64,000 nucleotides of DNA from a bacterium (GTDB lineage Bacteria > Fidelibacterota > Fidelibacteria > Fidelibacterales > Fidelibacteraceae), in assembly GCA_963676395.1 (NCBI GenBank), contig OY781066.1:736001-800000 (forward strand). Direction: 5' to 3'. This document shows positions 1 to 10,022 of the stretch, piece after piece. Each line of letters begins with the position of its first letter. The first letter of the stretch is position 1. Made by a program: the position numbers and the translations under genes. The notes under the pieces are model-generated. The model made no database searches and was not told the origin of the DNA. It saw only the letters and a program-made list of their open reading frames with translations.

Positions 1-218
1 TTTTAAAACAGCCTGACTCATAAGTGTTGTTTGTAAATCATTCATGTTGAAATATATGAAATACACAGGAGCGAAAAAAGACTTCAATTTTATATTAATA
101 TATTGTATCATTTAAGGTTTATTATGGCAGGCAATAACATTTTTATCCTTCCATGCGAAGTCCTCCAACTGACAGCAGGAAAGACCTAAAATACATTTTT
201 TTACCATACACAGGTACC

Positions 219-1526
219 ATGAAAAAGAAAAATAAGAACAACAAATTTTGGATGCGCCTGGATACCTCCGCACAGATCTATCCGGCCATCGAATCGGCAG
301 AGAATACCAATATATACCGAATTTGGACCCAACTGAAAGAAGATATAGATATTGATCTGCTCAGGAAAGCACTGGAAATCATTAAACCACGCTTTCCCTA
401 TTTCAATGTCCATCTTCGCACCGGTTTTTTTTGGCATTATCTAGAAGAAAATGATAATCCTTCTAAAATCTGGCCCGATTCCCCAAATCCTTGCGAAAGA
501 CTTTATCCTATCTACAACAACGGTTATCTTTACCTGGTAAGAGTTTACAAGAACAAACTATCGGTAGAATTCTTCCACGTACTAACCGATGGCGCAGGAG
601 CCATGGAATTTTTAAAAACATTGATCTCGCATTATTTTATTCTCAAAGGAAAAATTAATGAAGAACCTGACGGTATCATGAAGATCGGTGAGAAACCTGA
701 TTTGGAAGAATACGAAGATGCCTTCCCAAAGATCCTTGAAATGGATAAAGATAAACTGGATAAAGCTCCCCGTCAGCGCTCACTGTTTAATACCGATGGT
801 GTTTTTAAACAACGAGATAAATATCTTCCTCTAGGGAGATACAAAGTGATTATTGGCACGGTTCCACTTATAGATTTAAAAAACATATCAAAAAAATATG
901 AATGTACCATCACAGAGCTTTTAGCTTCTTTATATGTAGAAGCTTTGATCCTGATCCAGCATGAACAGATAAAAAACAAAAAGAAACACAAAAATATCGG
1001 ACTTGAAATTCCCGTAAATATGCGTTTCTTATACCCTATAAAATCCATGCGCAATTTTTCATTGTTTGTAGTTCCACGATTTAATCCAAAAGAATTGGAT
1101 AAATTTGAGGATATCATTGCATTCCTGAAACCATACATGAAAAAACATGTCACGAAAGAATATCTCCTGACGATGGCAGAAGACAATTACAAGATCACTC
1201 AAGATCCTATAATTAAATACGTCCCCATCTTTTTAAAAGATTTTATTATTCGATTTTTATCTCACACACAAGGTCATGCACAATTTTCCGGCACCATCTC
1301 AAATCTGGGTGCTATTAAAATACCGGATGAACTTCTTGAGCATATCGAGGATATGGGCGTACTCTTGGGACCATCATATCATTCTCTTACCGGATGTGGT
1401 GTTGTAGGATTTAAAGACCACATCCACATCAATTTCGGACGTATCAATAAAGACCCAAGGGTTGAACGTCATGTTTTCAGACGCCTTGTTGAAATGGGCG
1501 CACACGTTAAATTAAAAAGCAATTGA
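219..1526 (+). CDS. CoA-dependent acyltransferase, alcohol acetyltransferase/condensation-domain-like
   Basis: HxxxDG catalytic motif (FHVLTDG), PVNMR...SMRNFS and SNLG motifs. Start placed at ATG 219 (ORF track extends to 153). Confidence 0.7.
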   Translation: MKKKNKNNKFWMRLDTSAQIYPAIESAENTNIYRIWTQLKEDIDIDLLRKALEIIKPRFPYFNVHLRTGFFWHYLEENDNPSKIWPDSPNPCERLYPIYNNGYLYLVRVYKNKLSVEFFHVLTDGAGAMEFLKTLISHYFILKGKINEEPDGIMKIGEKPDLEEYEDAFPKILEMDKDKLDKAPRQRSLFNTDGVFKQRDKYLPLGRYKVIIGTVPLIDLKNISKKYECTITELLASLYVEALILIQHEQIKNKKKHKNIGLEIPVNMRFLYPIKSMRNFSLFVVPRFNPKELDKFEDIIAFLKPYMKKHVTKEYLLTMAEDNYKITQDPIIKYVPIFLKDFIIRFLSHTQGHAQFSGTISNLGAIKIPDELLEHIEDMGVLLGPSYHSLTGCGVVGFKDHIHINFGRINKDPRVERHVFRRLVEMGAHVKLKSN

Positions 1527-1533
1527 GGTAATT

Positions 1534-2415
1534 ATGTCATATTGTGTCCATTGCGGAGTAAAATTATCGGACTACCATGAAGAATGTCCATTATGCAGAA
1601 CTAAGGTTTTCAACCCCAACGTAAAGGTCGATCCCGAAACGCGGGACTTCCCAAAATATCGGGAGCATTTAAAAGTTACCGACCCACATCATATGAAAAG
1701 TTTATTGGCAGGCATGGTTATTTCTTTTGCTGTTGCTATCTATATCGTTGTGCTTTTATTAATCAACTATTTGGTTAATGGTACCATTTCCTGGTCACTT
1801 ATCCCAACCCTTTCCCTTCTATTGGTTTGGTTTGGCGTAGGATTACCCTTTTTGCGACAAGGACAAACGGGATTCAGGCTATATACGGCTGACAGTTTTG
1901 CCATAGCAATCTATCTATTGGCTCTTAACTTTGTCATATCGGGCAACTTATCCTGGGCTAAATATGCCTCACCGGGTGTGATCTTCATTTGGATGATCAT
2001 GGCCGGCATTCTTGGGAGGGATCATATTAAACGACGCATACCCCTGGTCCTATATTATATTATCGGCACTATCGTCTTTACAGCTTTTTACGCATTCTTG
2101 TTTACCAATAATCAAGTTATCATCAACGTTATTTTACCGATCTATTTAGTTGGTCTATTTTTTACAATTATTACATATCTTTTCTCTAAAGCAATGGTTT
2201 TTGATATCTACAAGTTTCTGGCTATTGTCTTTATGAACGTTGCTCTTAGTTCTTTTAGCATTGATATGATCCTTACGCATTATTTTCACGGTAGCTTTAA
2301 TCCTACTTGGTCGATTATCGTACTTATTGCACTTGTTCCGCTGAGTCTTGCCGGGCTTATGATGCGAAATCTTAGAACACTTAGAACTTTTATTGCGAAA
2401 AAATTCCATCACTAA
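1534..2415 (+). CDS. Zinc-ribbon plus multi-pass membrane protein (DUF6320-like)
   Basis: N-terminal CxxC...CxxC (YCVHCG...ECPLC) followed by about 8 hydrophobic helices, ending KKFHH. GAGG RBS. Confidence 0.65.
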   Translation: MSYCVHCGVKLSDYHEECPLCRTKVFNPNVKVDPETRDFPKYREHLKVTDPHHMKSLLAGMVISFAVAIYIVVLLLINYLVNGTISWSLIPTLSLLLVWFGVGLPFLRQGQTGFRLYTADSFAIAIYLLALNFVISGNLSWAKYASPGVIFIWMIMAGILGRDHIKRRIPLVLYYIIGTIVFTAFYAFLFTNNQVIINVILPIYLVGLFFTIITYLFSKAMVFDIYKFLAIVFMNVALSSFSIDMILTHYFHGSFNPTWSIIVLIALVPLSLAGLMMRNLRTLRTFIAKKFHH

Positions 2416-2424
2416 GGAAATATT

Positions 2425-3429
2425 ATGAGTATTGATGCTATTAAAACGTTGGTTGACATTCCCTCCCCCAGCGGTTACACCGAAAATGTGATCGTGGCGA
2501 TTGAGGAGTCCTTGAAAAGCAAGAATTACCATATCTCAAGAACTTACAAAGGATCGCTGATCGTATCTACGGTTGAAGATCCCAAATTGATGGTAATGGG
2601 ACATATTGATACTTTGGGTGGTATGGTCTCCGAGATCACATCCACCGGCACGTTACGCATTTCTCAGTTAGGCGGCTATCCGCCGAATAGCTTTGAGGGC
2701 GAGTATGTAAGTGTTCAAACCATGACGGATAAATCATATCGTGGAACTTTTTTGCTAGATAATCCGGCCGCACATGTCAACAAAGAGGTAAAAAGTACCG
2801 AGCGTAGCATGCAAAATATGCATATTCGTTTAGATGCCGAAGTTTCATCTATTGAAGACGTGAAAAAACTTGGTATTTCAGTTGGTGATTTTATCTTTTT
2901 TGACCCTCGTTTTGAAGTGACCGATACCGGTTATATAAAATCACGCTTCATGGATGATAAAGCTTGCTCGGGTATTATGTTGGATATCCTTCTAAAAGAA
3001 TTTGAATTGCTCAAAGATAAAAAAGTCGGCTTTTATTTTTCTAATTACGAAGAAGTCGGCCATGCCTGCCCGGCCGGGGTTCCGAAAAGTGTAAAGGATG
3101 TTCTGATCGCTGACATGGGTGTTGTGGGTGATGGTGTTACCGGCGAGGAAAGCAAGGTCTCTATTTGCGCTAAAGATTCCGCTGGTCCCTACGACCTGAC
3201 ATTCCGCAATAAACTGGTATCATTATCAGTCAAGAATAATATTGCACACACAGTAGATGTCTTCCCATATTACGCCAGTGACGGAACCGCCCTATTGAAC
3301 GCCGGAAATGATATCCGAGTCGGTTTGATTGGACCGGGCGTATCCGCATCACATGGTGTTGAAAGAACACACAAAAAGGGCATTGAAGCCACAAGACAAT
3401 TGATTATGGCGCTGATAGCGACCTATTAG
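2425..3429 (+). CDS. M42 family metallo-aminopeptidase
   Basis: PSPSG, GHIDTLG, SRFMDDK, YEEVG, DMG and ASHGVER motifs. Confidence 0.9.
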   Translation: MSIDAIKTLVDIPSPSGYTENVIVAIEESLKSKNYHISRTYKGSLIVSTVEDPKLMVMGHIDTLGGMVSEITSTGTLRISQLGGYPPNSFEGEYVSVQTMTDKSYRGTFLLDNPAAHVNKEVKSTERSMQNMHIRLDAEVSSIEDVKKLGISVGDFIFFDPRFEVTDTGYIKSRFMDDKACSGIMLDILLKEFELLKDKKVGFYFSNYEEVGHACPAGVPKSVKDVLIADMGVVGDGVTGEESKVSICAKDSAGPYDLTFRNKLVSLSVKNNIAHTVDVFPYYASDGTALLNAGNDIRVGLIGPGVSASHGVERTHKKGIEATRQLIMALIATY

Positions 3430-3439
3430 AAAGGATTTT

Positions 3440-4516
3440 ATGCAATTAGGATTTATAGGATTAAAATTTTCAGGTAAAAGTACTCTGTTTGAATTATTAA
3501 CACAGGGAAAATTCGAATCTGTTCAAACCGGCATGGCCGAATATCATCGTGGGCAAGTCATGGTTCCGGATGAACGCATCGAACGATTATCTGAATTATT
3601 CAATCCCAAAAAAACAACTTTTGCTCAGTTTGATTGTATTGATGTCATGGGTTTACCTGCATCCATGCGAACCGATCAGGCCGCCAAATATTTGGAAGCC
3701 GTTCGTCAGACCGACGCTTTAGTTGCGGTCATCCAAGCTTTCGAAGGTTATAATGCCGAAGGACAATTAGCTAAGATCGATCCGGTCGCAGATTTAAAAC
3801 GCTTGGAAGATGATTTGATTTTTGCGGATTTGCTTGTTATTGAGAACAGACTTGATAAGGTTAAACACTTACAACAGCGAGGAGCACCTCAATTTGACAA
3901 ACATGAATTGGACATTCTAACGAAGTGCCATACTGCGCTTGAAAATGATACACCTTTACGCAAGATAGAGATCAGCGAAAACGAAGCAAAACTTATTCGC
4001 GGATTTCAATTGCTGTCACTTAAACCACTGATGGCCGTCATCAACTGTGATGAAGCTCACTATAATAGAAAAGATGAGATCGAAGCGACATTTACAGCCA
4101 CTTTTTCGGATATTAAGGTAACATCCGTATCTGCTTTAGCTGAAAAAGAGATCCAGGAACTGGATGCCGACGAACGTGAGATGTTTATGGAAGAACTGGG
4201 TATTGATGAGCCAGCCATTAATCATGTAATTAGCACCTCATACGCCGCTATAGGGCTGATCTCCTTCTTTACGGTGGGAGAGGATGAGGTCCGCGCCTGG
4301 AACCTTAAAACGCCTGCTACGGCTCCGGAAGCTGCCGGTGTGATCCATTCTGATCTCCAAAAAGGATTCATTAGAGCCGAGGTTATTGCTTACAATGACT
4401 TTATGGATGTTAACGGCAACATGGTCGAAGCAAAATCAAAAGGCACTGTAAGACTTGAAGGCAAAGACTATCTTGTGAAAGATGGTGATATATTAAATAT
4501 TAGGTTTAATATCTAA
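3440..4516 (+). CDS. ychF: YchF/OLA1-like ATPase with C-terminal DUF933/TGS domain
   Basis: P-loop GLKFSGKST, VPDER, NCDE, FFTVGEDEVRAW, AAGVIHSD, FIRAEV, RLEGKDYLVKDGDI. Confidence 0.88.
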   Translation: MQLGFIGLKFSGKSTLFELLTQGKFESVQTGMAEYHRGQVMVPDERIERLSELFNPKKTTFAQFDCIDVMGLPASMRTDQAAKYLEAVRQTDALVAVIQAFEGYNAEGQLAKIDPVADLKRLEDDLIFADLLVIENRLDKVKHLQQRGAPQFDKHELDILTKCHTALENDTPLRKIEISENEAKLIRGFQLLSLKPLMAVINCDEAHYNRKDEIEATFTATFSDIKVTSVSALAEKEIQELDADEREMFMEELGIDEPAINHVISTSYAAIGLISFFTVGEDEVRAWNLKTPATAPEAAGVIHSDLQKGFIRAEVIAYNDFMDVNGNMVEAKSKGTVRLEGKDYLVKDGDILNIRFNI

Positions 4517-4591
4517 CAGAAGTCAGAAGTCAGAAGTCAGAAGTCAGAAGTCAGAAGTCAGAAGTCAGAAGTCAGAAGTCAGAAGTCAGAA
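4517..4591 (+). repeat. Heptamer microsatellite (CAGAAGT)x10 plus a partial copy
   Basis: Perfect tandem copies starting immediately after the ychF TAA stop. Confidence 0.98.
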
Positions 4592-4603
4592 AAAAAATAC
4601 AAA

Positions 4604-4634
4604 ATAGCCGCGAGTTTTGCTTGCGGTTTTTTAT
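4604..4634 (+). terminator. Intrinsic terminator of the ychF operon
   Basis: GCCGCGAG-ttttg-CTTGCGGT hairpin followed by a T run. Confidence 0.75.
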
Positions 4635-4881
4635 TAGAGCAAGTTGCTTGGAAGCTCATTGCATAACTTTTTGATTTGGCTCAAATTATTTGAGTCAATT
4701 TAGTTTTTTTTCATATAAAAAAACAATTCATCACTTAAAACCCTTATAAAAAGGGTATCGAAAATAAGTTTAGAATAAAAAATAAAAATAATAGAATCGA
4801 TAAATTGAATTCAACTCTTTTCAAAGGGAACAATATTAATTATTATTTACTTAATGTAATTATTACTATTTGGAGAATATT

Positions 4882-6507
4882 ATGAAAAAGTTAAGTGTAT
4901 TCTTATTAATACTTCTAACACTCAGTTCCTGTCAGCTATTTACATTCCTGGGAGAAGAAGCAACGGGAAATCTCTATTTTGAGGTTGAGATTGAAGACGT
5001 AACCCCCTCTGCTGTCACAGTGATCTACGAAAACAATGATGGTGAAATAAAAACCGAACTATTAAAATTTGCGTTCAGTCATGATGGTTTATACAAAACC
5101 AAGACGATCAGCTTAAACACCGGCGACTATTCACTTAAACAATTCCTTGTCATTAACAGTACCGATTCAATACTGGCCGCGGCTCCTTTGAATGGCTCAA
5201 CAAAGGCAGGTGATGCACTAGAAGTATTACCTATTGATTTCAAGATCAAAAAGAATAAAACCTATATTTTAACACCCGAAATCCTCCCCTATTCTGGAAA
5301 CGATACACCAGAGACCTTTGGCTACAGTTCGGAAACAATTAATGTTATTAGCCAATATGACGATTTCGGTAACGCTATAAACAACTTTTCATTCGATCTT
5401 ATTCGGGAGATCATCAAAAGTGATACAGCTAATGTTTTTATTTCACCCGTAAGTATGATGTATGCCTTTGGCCTACTTTATCCCGCAAGTGGTGGAGAAA
5501 CAACTCAAGCTTTACGAGATGTTTTTTATTTGAATGATTTCTCCAACGGGAATGAGCTATATCAATTGTATAAAGACTTCGGAACCTATTTAACGACTCT
5601 CGACGAAGGTGTAGATCTTTCATTGGCACATGCATTTTGGTATAAGCAGGGATTCAATCCAACTGCATCATATTTAAATATTCTTGATACTTATTTTAAT
5701 ACTGAAGTGTCAGATATGAATTTTGTAGATAATGTTAACGCAGCAAAAATAATCAATCAATGGGCAGCTGATCATACGAACGATAAAATCAAAGATATCG
5801 TTAAACCTTCACTGTTTGGGGATGAAACCGCTGCCGTTCTTGCCAATGCCACTTACTTCTTGGGAAAATGGATAAACGGTTTTAACAAGAATAATACCGA
5901 AAGTAAAACCTTTTATACATCCACAGATGAAAGTACTAGTATCCACTGTGATATGATGCGTGGTGGAACTGAAGATGCCCCCTTCGGCATGGATTATTAC
6001 TCCGATAGCGATATTCAAATTGTTAATATTCCTTTCAAGAATAATTCTCGTTACGAAATGGCCTGTATCATGCCTAAGCAACAAACATGTGATGAACTCT
6101 TAGCAAACATAGATGACGAGCAATGGAATACATGGATGGATCAAACTCATCCTACAAACATCATTCTTGAAATACCTAAATTCAAAGAATTATACAAATA
6201 CGATATGAATGATCCGTTAAAGGCACTTGGCTTAACAAATTTATTTATCGCCCCGGATCTTAGTGCTATGTTTGAAGGAGATATTCCATTACAAGTTAGC
6301 AACGTCCTGCAAGACACCTATATATCAGTCGATGAAGCCGGAGCCGAAGCAGCAGCAACAACCGTGATTATATTTGACTATACTACATCTGTCCCTATAG
6401 TAGTAAAAGAAGTCAAATTTGACCATCCTTTTATCTATGCTATACAAGATTCACAAACAAATGCAATTGTATTTTTGGGTGTTATGACTGAACCAAAGCT
6501 TGAGTAA
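4882..6507 (+). CDS. Lipoprotein serpin with an extra N-terminal domain
   Basis: GGAG RBS then ATG 4882. Lipobox LSSC. Serpin motifs NVFISPVS, INQWAADHTNDKIKDI, ANATYFLGKW, IPKFK, hinge DEAGAEAAAT, FDHPFIYAI, IVFLG. Confidence 0.92.
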   Translation: MKKLSVFLLILLTLSSCQLFTFLGEEATGNLYFEVEIEDVTPSAVTVIYENNDGEIKTELLKFAFSHDGLYKTKTISLNTGDYSLKQFLVINSTDSILAAAPLNGSTKAGDALEVLPIDFKIKKNKTYILTPEILPYSGNDTPETFGYSSETINVISQYDDFGNAINNFSFDLIREIIKSDTANVFISPVSMMYAFGLLYPASGGETTQALRDVFYLNDFSNGNELYQLYKDFGTYLTTLDEGVDLSLAHAFWYKQGFNPTASYLNILDTYFNTEVSDMNFVDNVNAAKIINQWAADHTNDKIKDIVKPSLFGDETAAVLANATYFLGKWINGFNKNNTESKTFYTSTDESTSIHCDMMRGGTEDAPFGMDYYSDSDIQIVNIPFKNNSRYEMACIMPKQQTCDELLANIDDEQWNTWMDQTHPTNIILEIPKFKELYKYDMNDPLKALGLTNLFIAPDLSAMFEGDIPLQVSNVLQDTYISVDEAGAEAAATTVIIFDYTTSVPIVVKEVKFDHPFIYAIQDSQTNAIVFLGVMTEPKLE

Positions 6508-6526
6508 CATGTAATCGAAATTTATT

Positions 6527-6557
6527 AAAAGCCCGGGCTTGTCTCGGGCTTTTTTTA
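6527..6557 (+). terminator. Intrinsic terminator after the serpin gene
   Basis: AAAAGCCCGGG-cttgt-CTCGGGCTTTTTTT. Confidence 0.85.
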
Positions 6558-6559
6558 TT

Positions 6560-6699
6560 GAACCGAGTCAGTTGAAAGATTGAGCAACCGCCTCAGTTAG
6601 GAATCGACTCAACTGAGTCGGTTGGGCTGAGCTTGGATCGAGTCGGTTGGAGGTCGATTCAACCGAGTCGATTGAATTACAATTTATTTGAGTCAATCA
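6560..6699. repeat. Array of six degenerate 15-bp palindromes (consensus CAACCGAGTCGGTTG) with a 25-bp period
   Basis: Copies start at 6560, 6585, 6610, 6635, 6660 and 6685, separated by 10-bp variable linkers. Confidence 0.85.
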
Positions 6700-6716
6700 A
6701 TTCCCTCTAAAACAAC

Positions 6717-6741
6717 AAAACCCCTCATCACTGAGGGGCTT
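6717..6741 (-). terminator. Intrinsic terminator of tig-clpP-clpX
   Basis: CCCCTCA-tcac-TGAGGGG hairpin with an A run on the left (U tract on the minus strand). Confidence 0.75.
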
Positions 6742-6800
6742 ATATAAATAAGTATAGAAAATTAAGTCTTCGAAAAGTTAAGAAAACTATGTCAGTTAAA

Positions 6801-8033
6801 TTAACTATCGCTTAAGATATAGTCCTTTTTACCGCTTACAACATCCTTATCTATGCTCACCTTTGATACATTCTCCATATCTGGAGCTTTGTACATAAGA
6901 TCCAACATGAGATTCTCCATCACAGAACGTAAAGCTCTCGCTCCTGTTTTGCGTGTTTTAGCAAGCTTGGCAATCTCGGTTAATGCGCTCTTCTTTATTT
7001 CAAGCTCAATACCTTCTTGCTTCATAAGAAATTTGTATTGCTTGACCAATGCATTCTTGGGCTTGGTTAAAATAGACATTAAAGCTTTTTCATCCAAATC
7101 ATTCAAACTGGTTACAACAGCCAAACGACCAACCAATTCAGGAATAAATCCATAAGTGATCAAATCTTCGGGTCCAACTTGACCAAGCAATTCATTTTTG
7201 CCTAAGTTTTTTCCTGTTTGCTGTTTTTCTCCAAAGCCTATCTCTTTCTTGCCAATACGACGAGCCACCACATCTTCGATACCATCAAAGGCACCACCGC
7301 AAATAAATAAAATATTGCGCGTGTCTATATGTACCATCTTGGCTTCGGGATGTTTACGTCCACCTTTGGGTGGAACATGCGCAACCGTCCCTTCAAGGAT
7401 CTTTAACAAAGACTGCTGAACACCTTCACCACTGACATCGCGAGTAATAGAGGGATTTGCAGACTTACGTGCAACCTTATCCAATTCATCAAGATAAACA
7501 ATCCCGTATTCTGCTTTCTTGGGATCGTAATCGGCAGCTTGTAAAAGTCTAACAAGAATATTCTCAACATCCTCACCCACATAGCCGGCTTCGGTCAGCA
7601 CAGTGGCATCGGCAATGGCAAAAGGAACCTGCAGCTGCTTTGCCAATGTCTGCGCAATAAGTGTTTTACCCGTCCCGGTAGGTCCAAGAAGCAAGATATT
7701 GCTCTTATCAATCTCGATCTCATCGTTACTACGATGATTCTTAATACGTTTATAGTGGTTATAAACGGCTACCGATACCAATCGCTTGGCATCTTCCTGC
7801 CCGATCACATAGCGATCAAGTTCCGCATGGATCTGTGAAGGTGTGGGAAGGTTTTCCAGATCAAATTCTTCGCTTACAGGATCACGTGCTTCATCCATAC
7901 TGCTTAATATTTCTTCTGCAGAATGAATACACTCATCACAAATAAAAGTTTCTCCCGAAATTCCACTCAATAAAATATTGGCTTCTTCGTCGGGTTTTCC
8001 GCAAAAATGACAGGACTTCTTTTCTTTATCCAT
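6801..8033 (-). CDS. clpX: ATP-dependent Clp protease ATP-binding subunit ClpX
   Basis: C4 zinc finger (CHFC...CDEC), [37 protein letters not shown] loop, TGARALR. Confidence 0.98.
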   Translation of the reverse strand: MDKEKKSCHFCGKPDEEANILLSGISGETFICDECIHSAEEILSSMDEARDPVSEEFDLENLPTPSQIHAELDRYVIGQEDAKRLVSVAVYNHYKRIKNHRSNDEIEIDKSNILLLGPTGTGKTLIAQTLAKQLQVPFAIADATVLTEAGYVGEDVENILVRLLQAADYDPKKAEYGIVYLDELDKVARKSANPSITRDVSGEGVQQSLLKILEGTVAHVPPKGGRKHPEAKMVHIDTRNILFICGGAFDGIEDVVARRIGKKEIGFGEKQQTGKNLGKNELLGQVGPEDLITYGFIPELVGRLAVVTSLNDLDEKALMSILTKPKNALVKQYKFLMKQEGIELEIKKSALTEIAKLAKTRKTGARALRSVMENLMLDLMYKAPDMENVSKVSIDKDVVSGKKDYILSDS

Positions 8034-8617
8034 TATGATTTCTTCTTGATCGTTTTATCAATGATACCGTATAATTTCGCTTCAGCGGTTGACATAAAAT
8101 AATCACGTTCGGTATCAGCCTGGATCTTTTTAATATCCTGACCGGTCGCATCCGCCATGATTTTGTTCAAAGTTCCACGTAATTTAAGAATCTCTTTGGC
8201 ATGGATCTCAATGTCCGTCGCCTGACCGCGTGTACCACCCAATGGCTGATGGATCATGACTCGGGCATAAGGAAGCGCAAAGCGTTTGCCCTTTGTGCCT
8301 GCTGCCAGTAAAACCGCTGCCATCGATGCCGCCTGTCCCACACAAATAGTGGAAACATCGCATTTGATGTAATTCATGGTATCATAGATCGCCAAACCGG
8401 ATGTAATAACCCCGCCAGGCGAATTAATGTAAATATTAACATCCTTATCCGGATCTTCGGCTTCAAGAAAAAGTAGCTGAGCAACCACCAATGACGATAC
8501 ATCATCGTTGATCTCACCATTGATAAACACAATGCGTTCTTTCAATAGGCGTGAATAAATATCATAGGAACGTTCACCGCGCCCGTTTTGCTCGACTACC
8601 ATAGGAACTAAGTTCAT
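8033..8617 (-). CDS. clpP: ATP-dependent Clp protease proteolytic subunit
   Basis: [34 protein letters not shown] overlaps with tig and clpX. Confidence 0.98.
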   Translation of the reverse strand: MNLVPMVVEQNGRGERSYDIYSRLLKERIVFINGEINDDVSSLVVAQLLFLEAEDPDKDVNIYINSPGGVITSGLAIYDTMNYIKCDVSTICVGQAASMAAVLLAAGTKGKRFALPYARVMIHQPLGGTRGQATDIEIHAKEILKLRGTLNKIMADATGQDIKKIQADTERDYFMSTAEAKLYGIIDKTIKKKS

Positions 8618-9900
8618 TACTGACCCATTTCCTTTAAGCGTGCTTTGCGTGAAACTCGTTTTGTTTTCATCTTTGCAAAGGACTTGATATGTTCAATGAT
8701 CTTTGAGTTAATGACTTCATCATGCAACTGATCTTTGATCTGAGGTGTTTCGTAGTATTTTTTATAAGTGTCACGAAGTTCTTCATTAACGCCTTTGACC
8801 ATTTCTTCGATCTTAGCATCAATATCTTTGTCTTCGACTTTGATGTCGTTTTCGCTGACAACTTTATTTTTAACCAACTGCCAAACCAAGCTCTTCTTTG
8901 CGGTATCACCATAGTTTTCAACTACGGCTTTTTCATCCATATCTGAGCTTGAAGGATAGCGTTTCTTCATATCTTCGTAGATAGCTTTTGCTTGTTCTTC
9001 GATGACCGATTTAGGTAGTTCAACATCTTTTAATTCTTCAATGAACCAATCGGCAATATCTTCTTCCATTCTAGAATCAGCTTGTTTACCCCAATAATCT
9101 TTCAATTCTTCTTTGATCTTTTTCTTCAATGCTTCAAGATCTTCGGCATCAGGATCAACGGTCTGAGCAAATTCATCATTCAATTCGGGAAGAACATGTT
9201 CTTCAACTGTTTTTACAGTCAATTTAAAGGTATGATCTTCTTCTTGATCATTCTTAAGAATGATCGTGCGTTCTTCACCTGCTTTTACACCGATAAGTTC
9301 TTTTTCGGTTTCGCCATCAAAAGGATCTTTTCCTAACTGGATCTTAGAATCTTTAGCTTCGTTTACGACCTTACCGTCTTTATCTAATTCTTCAACATCA
9401 GCGACAAGATGATTGCCGCTTTTTGCAGCTTCTTCAACCACTTTAACTTCAGCAGCCTGTTCCTGGAGACGAGTCAATGATTCGTTGATATCTTCTTCTT
9501 CGATAGTATAAGAAAGTTTTTCCAGAGGGAAGCCTTCTTGATATTTTGGCATGTCCCATTCAGGCATAACTTCAAATTTAACTTTCAATTTTAAGGGTGT
9601 GCCTTTTTTGAAATCAAGATCAAGCAATTCAGCCTGTGATACGGGATTCAGATCCTTTTCATCCAAAGCTTTACCGTAGTATTCGCTGAAGCTTTCATTG
9701 ATGAAATCATATTCCATCTGAGGTCCGAATTTCTTTTCCAGCATGCTCACAGGAGCTTTGCCGGGGCGGAAACCGGGAAGGGTAATATCTTTTGCAAATT
9801 TCTTTGTAAATTTTTCGTAGTCTTTTTCGATTTCGTCCCACGCGAGTTCAAATTCCAGTTCGCGTTCAATGGGTGACAACTCTTTCAATTCAACTTTCAC
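8617..9900 (-). CDS. tig: Trigger factor
   Basis: [10 protein letters not shown] ribosome-binding motif, LPELNDEFA, canonical tig-clpP-clpX order. GTG start with AAGGAG RBS. Confidence 0.95.
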   Translation of the reverse strand: MKVELKELSPIERELEFELAWDEIEKDYEKFTKKFAKDITLPGFRPGKAPVSMLEKKFGPQMEYDFINESFSEYYGKALDEKDLNPVSQAELLDLDFKKGTPLKLKVKFEVMPEWDMPKYQEGFPLEKLSYTIEEEDINESLTRLQEQAAEVKVVEEAAKSGNHLVADVEELDKDGKVVNEAKDSKIQLGKDPFDGETEKELIGVKAGEERTIILKNDQEEDHTFKLTVKTVEEHVLPELNDEFAQTVDPDAEDLEALKKKIKEELKDYWGKQADSRMEEDIADWFIEELKDVELPKSVIEEQAKAIYEDMKKRYPSSSDMDEKAVVENYGDTAKKSLVWQLVKNKVVSENDIKVEDKDIDAKIEEMVKGVNEELRDTYKKYYETPQIKDQLHDEVINSKIIEHIKSFAKMKTKRVSRKARLKEMGQ

Positions 9901-9926
9901 AGCTGCTCCTTTGTTTTTAGCCGCCT

Positions 9927-9955
9927 AATATACAATGAGATAGAGCAAAAGTCAA
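9927..9955 (-). promoter_or_regulatory. sigma70-type promoter of tig
   Basis: Minus strand TTGACT-N17-TATATT. Confidence 0.7.
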
Positions 9956-10022
9956 AGGCTTATCACGTTGGATATTTTTAAGTGAAAAGCATTAGAACTG
10001 ATTCGGAAGAACTATACTTTTT

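Noticed and set aside
6560..6699. CRISPR array
   Set aside because: Repeats are 15 bp and degenerate, linkers are only 10 bp, and no cas genes are in the window.
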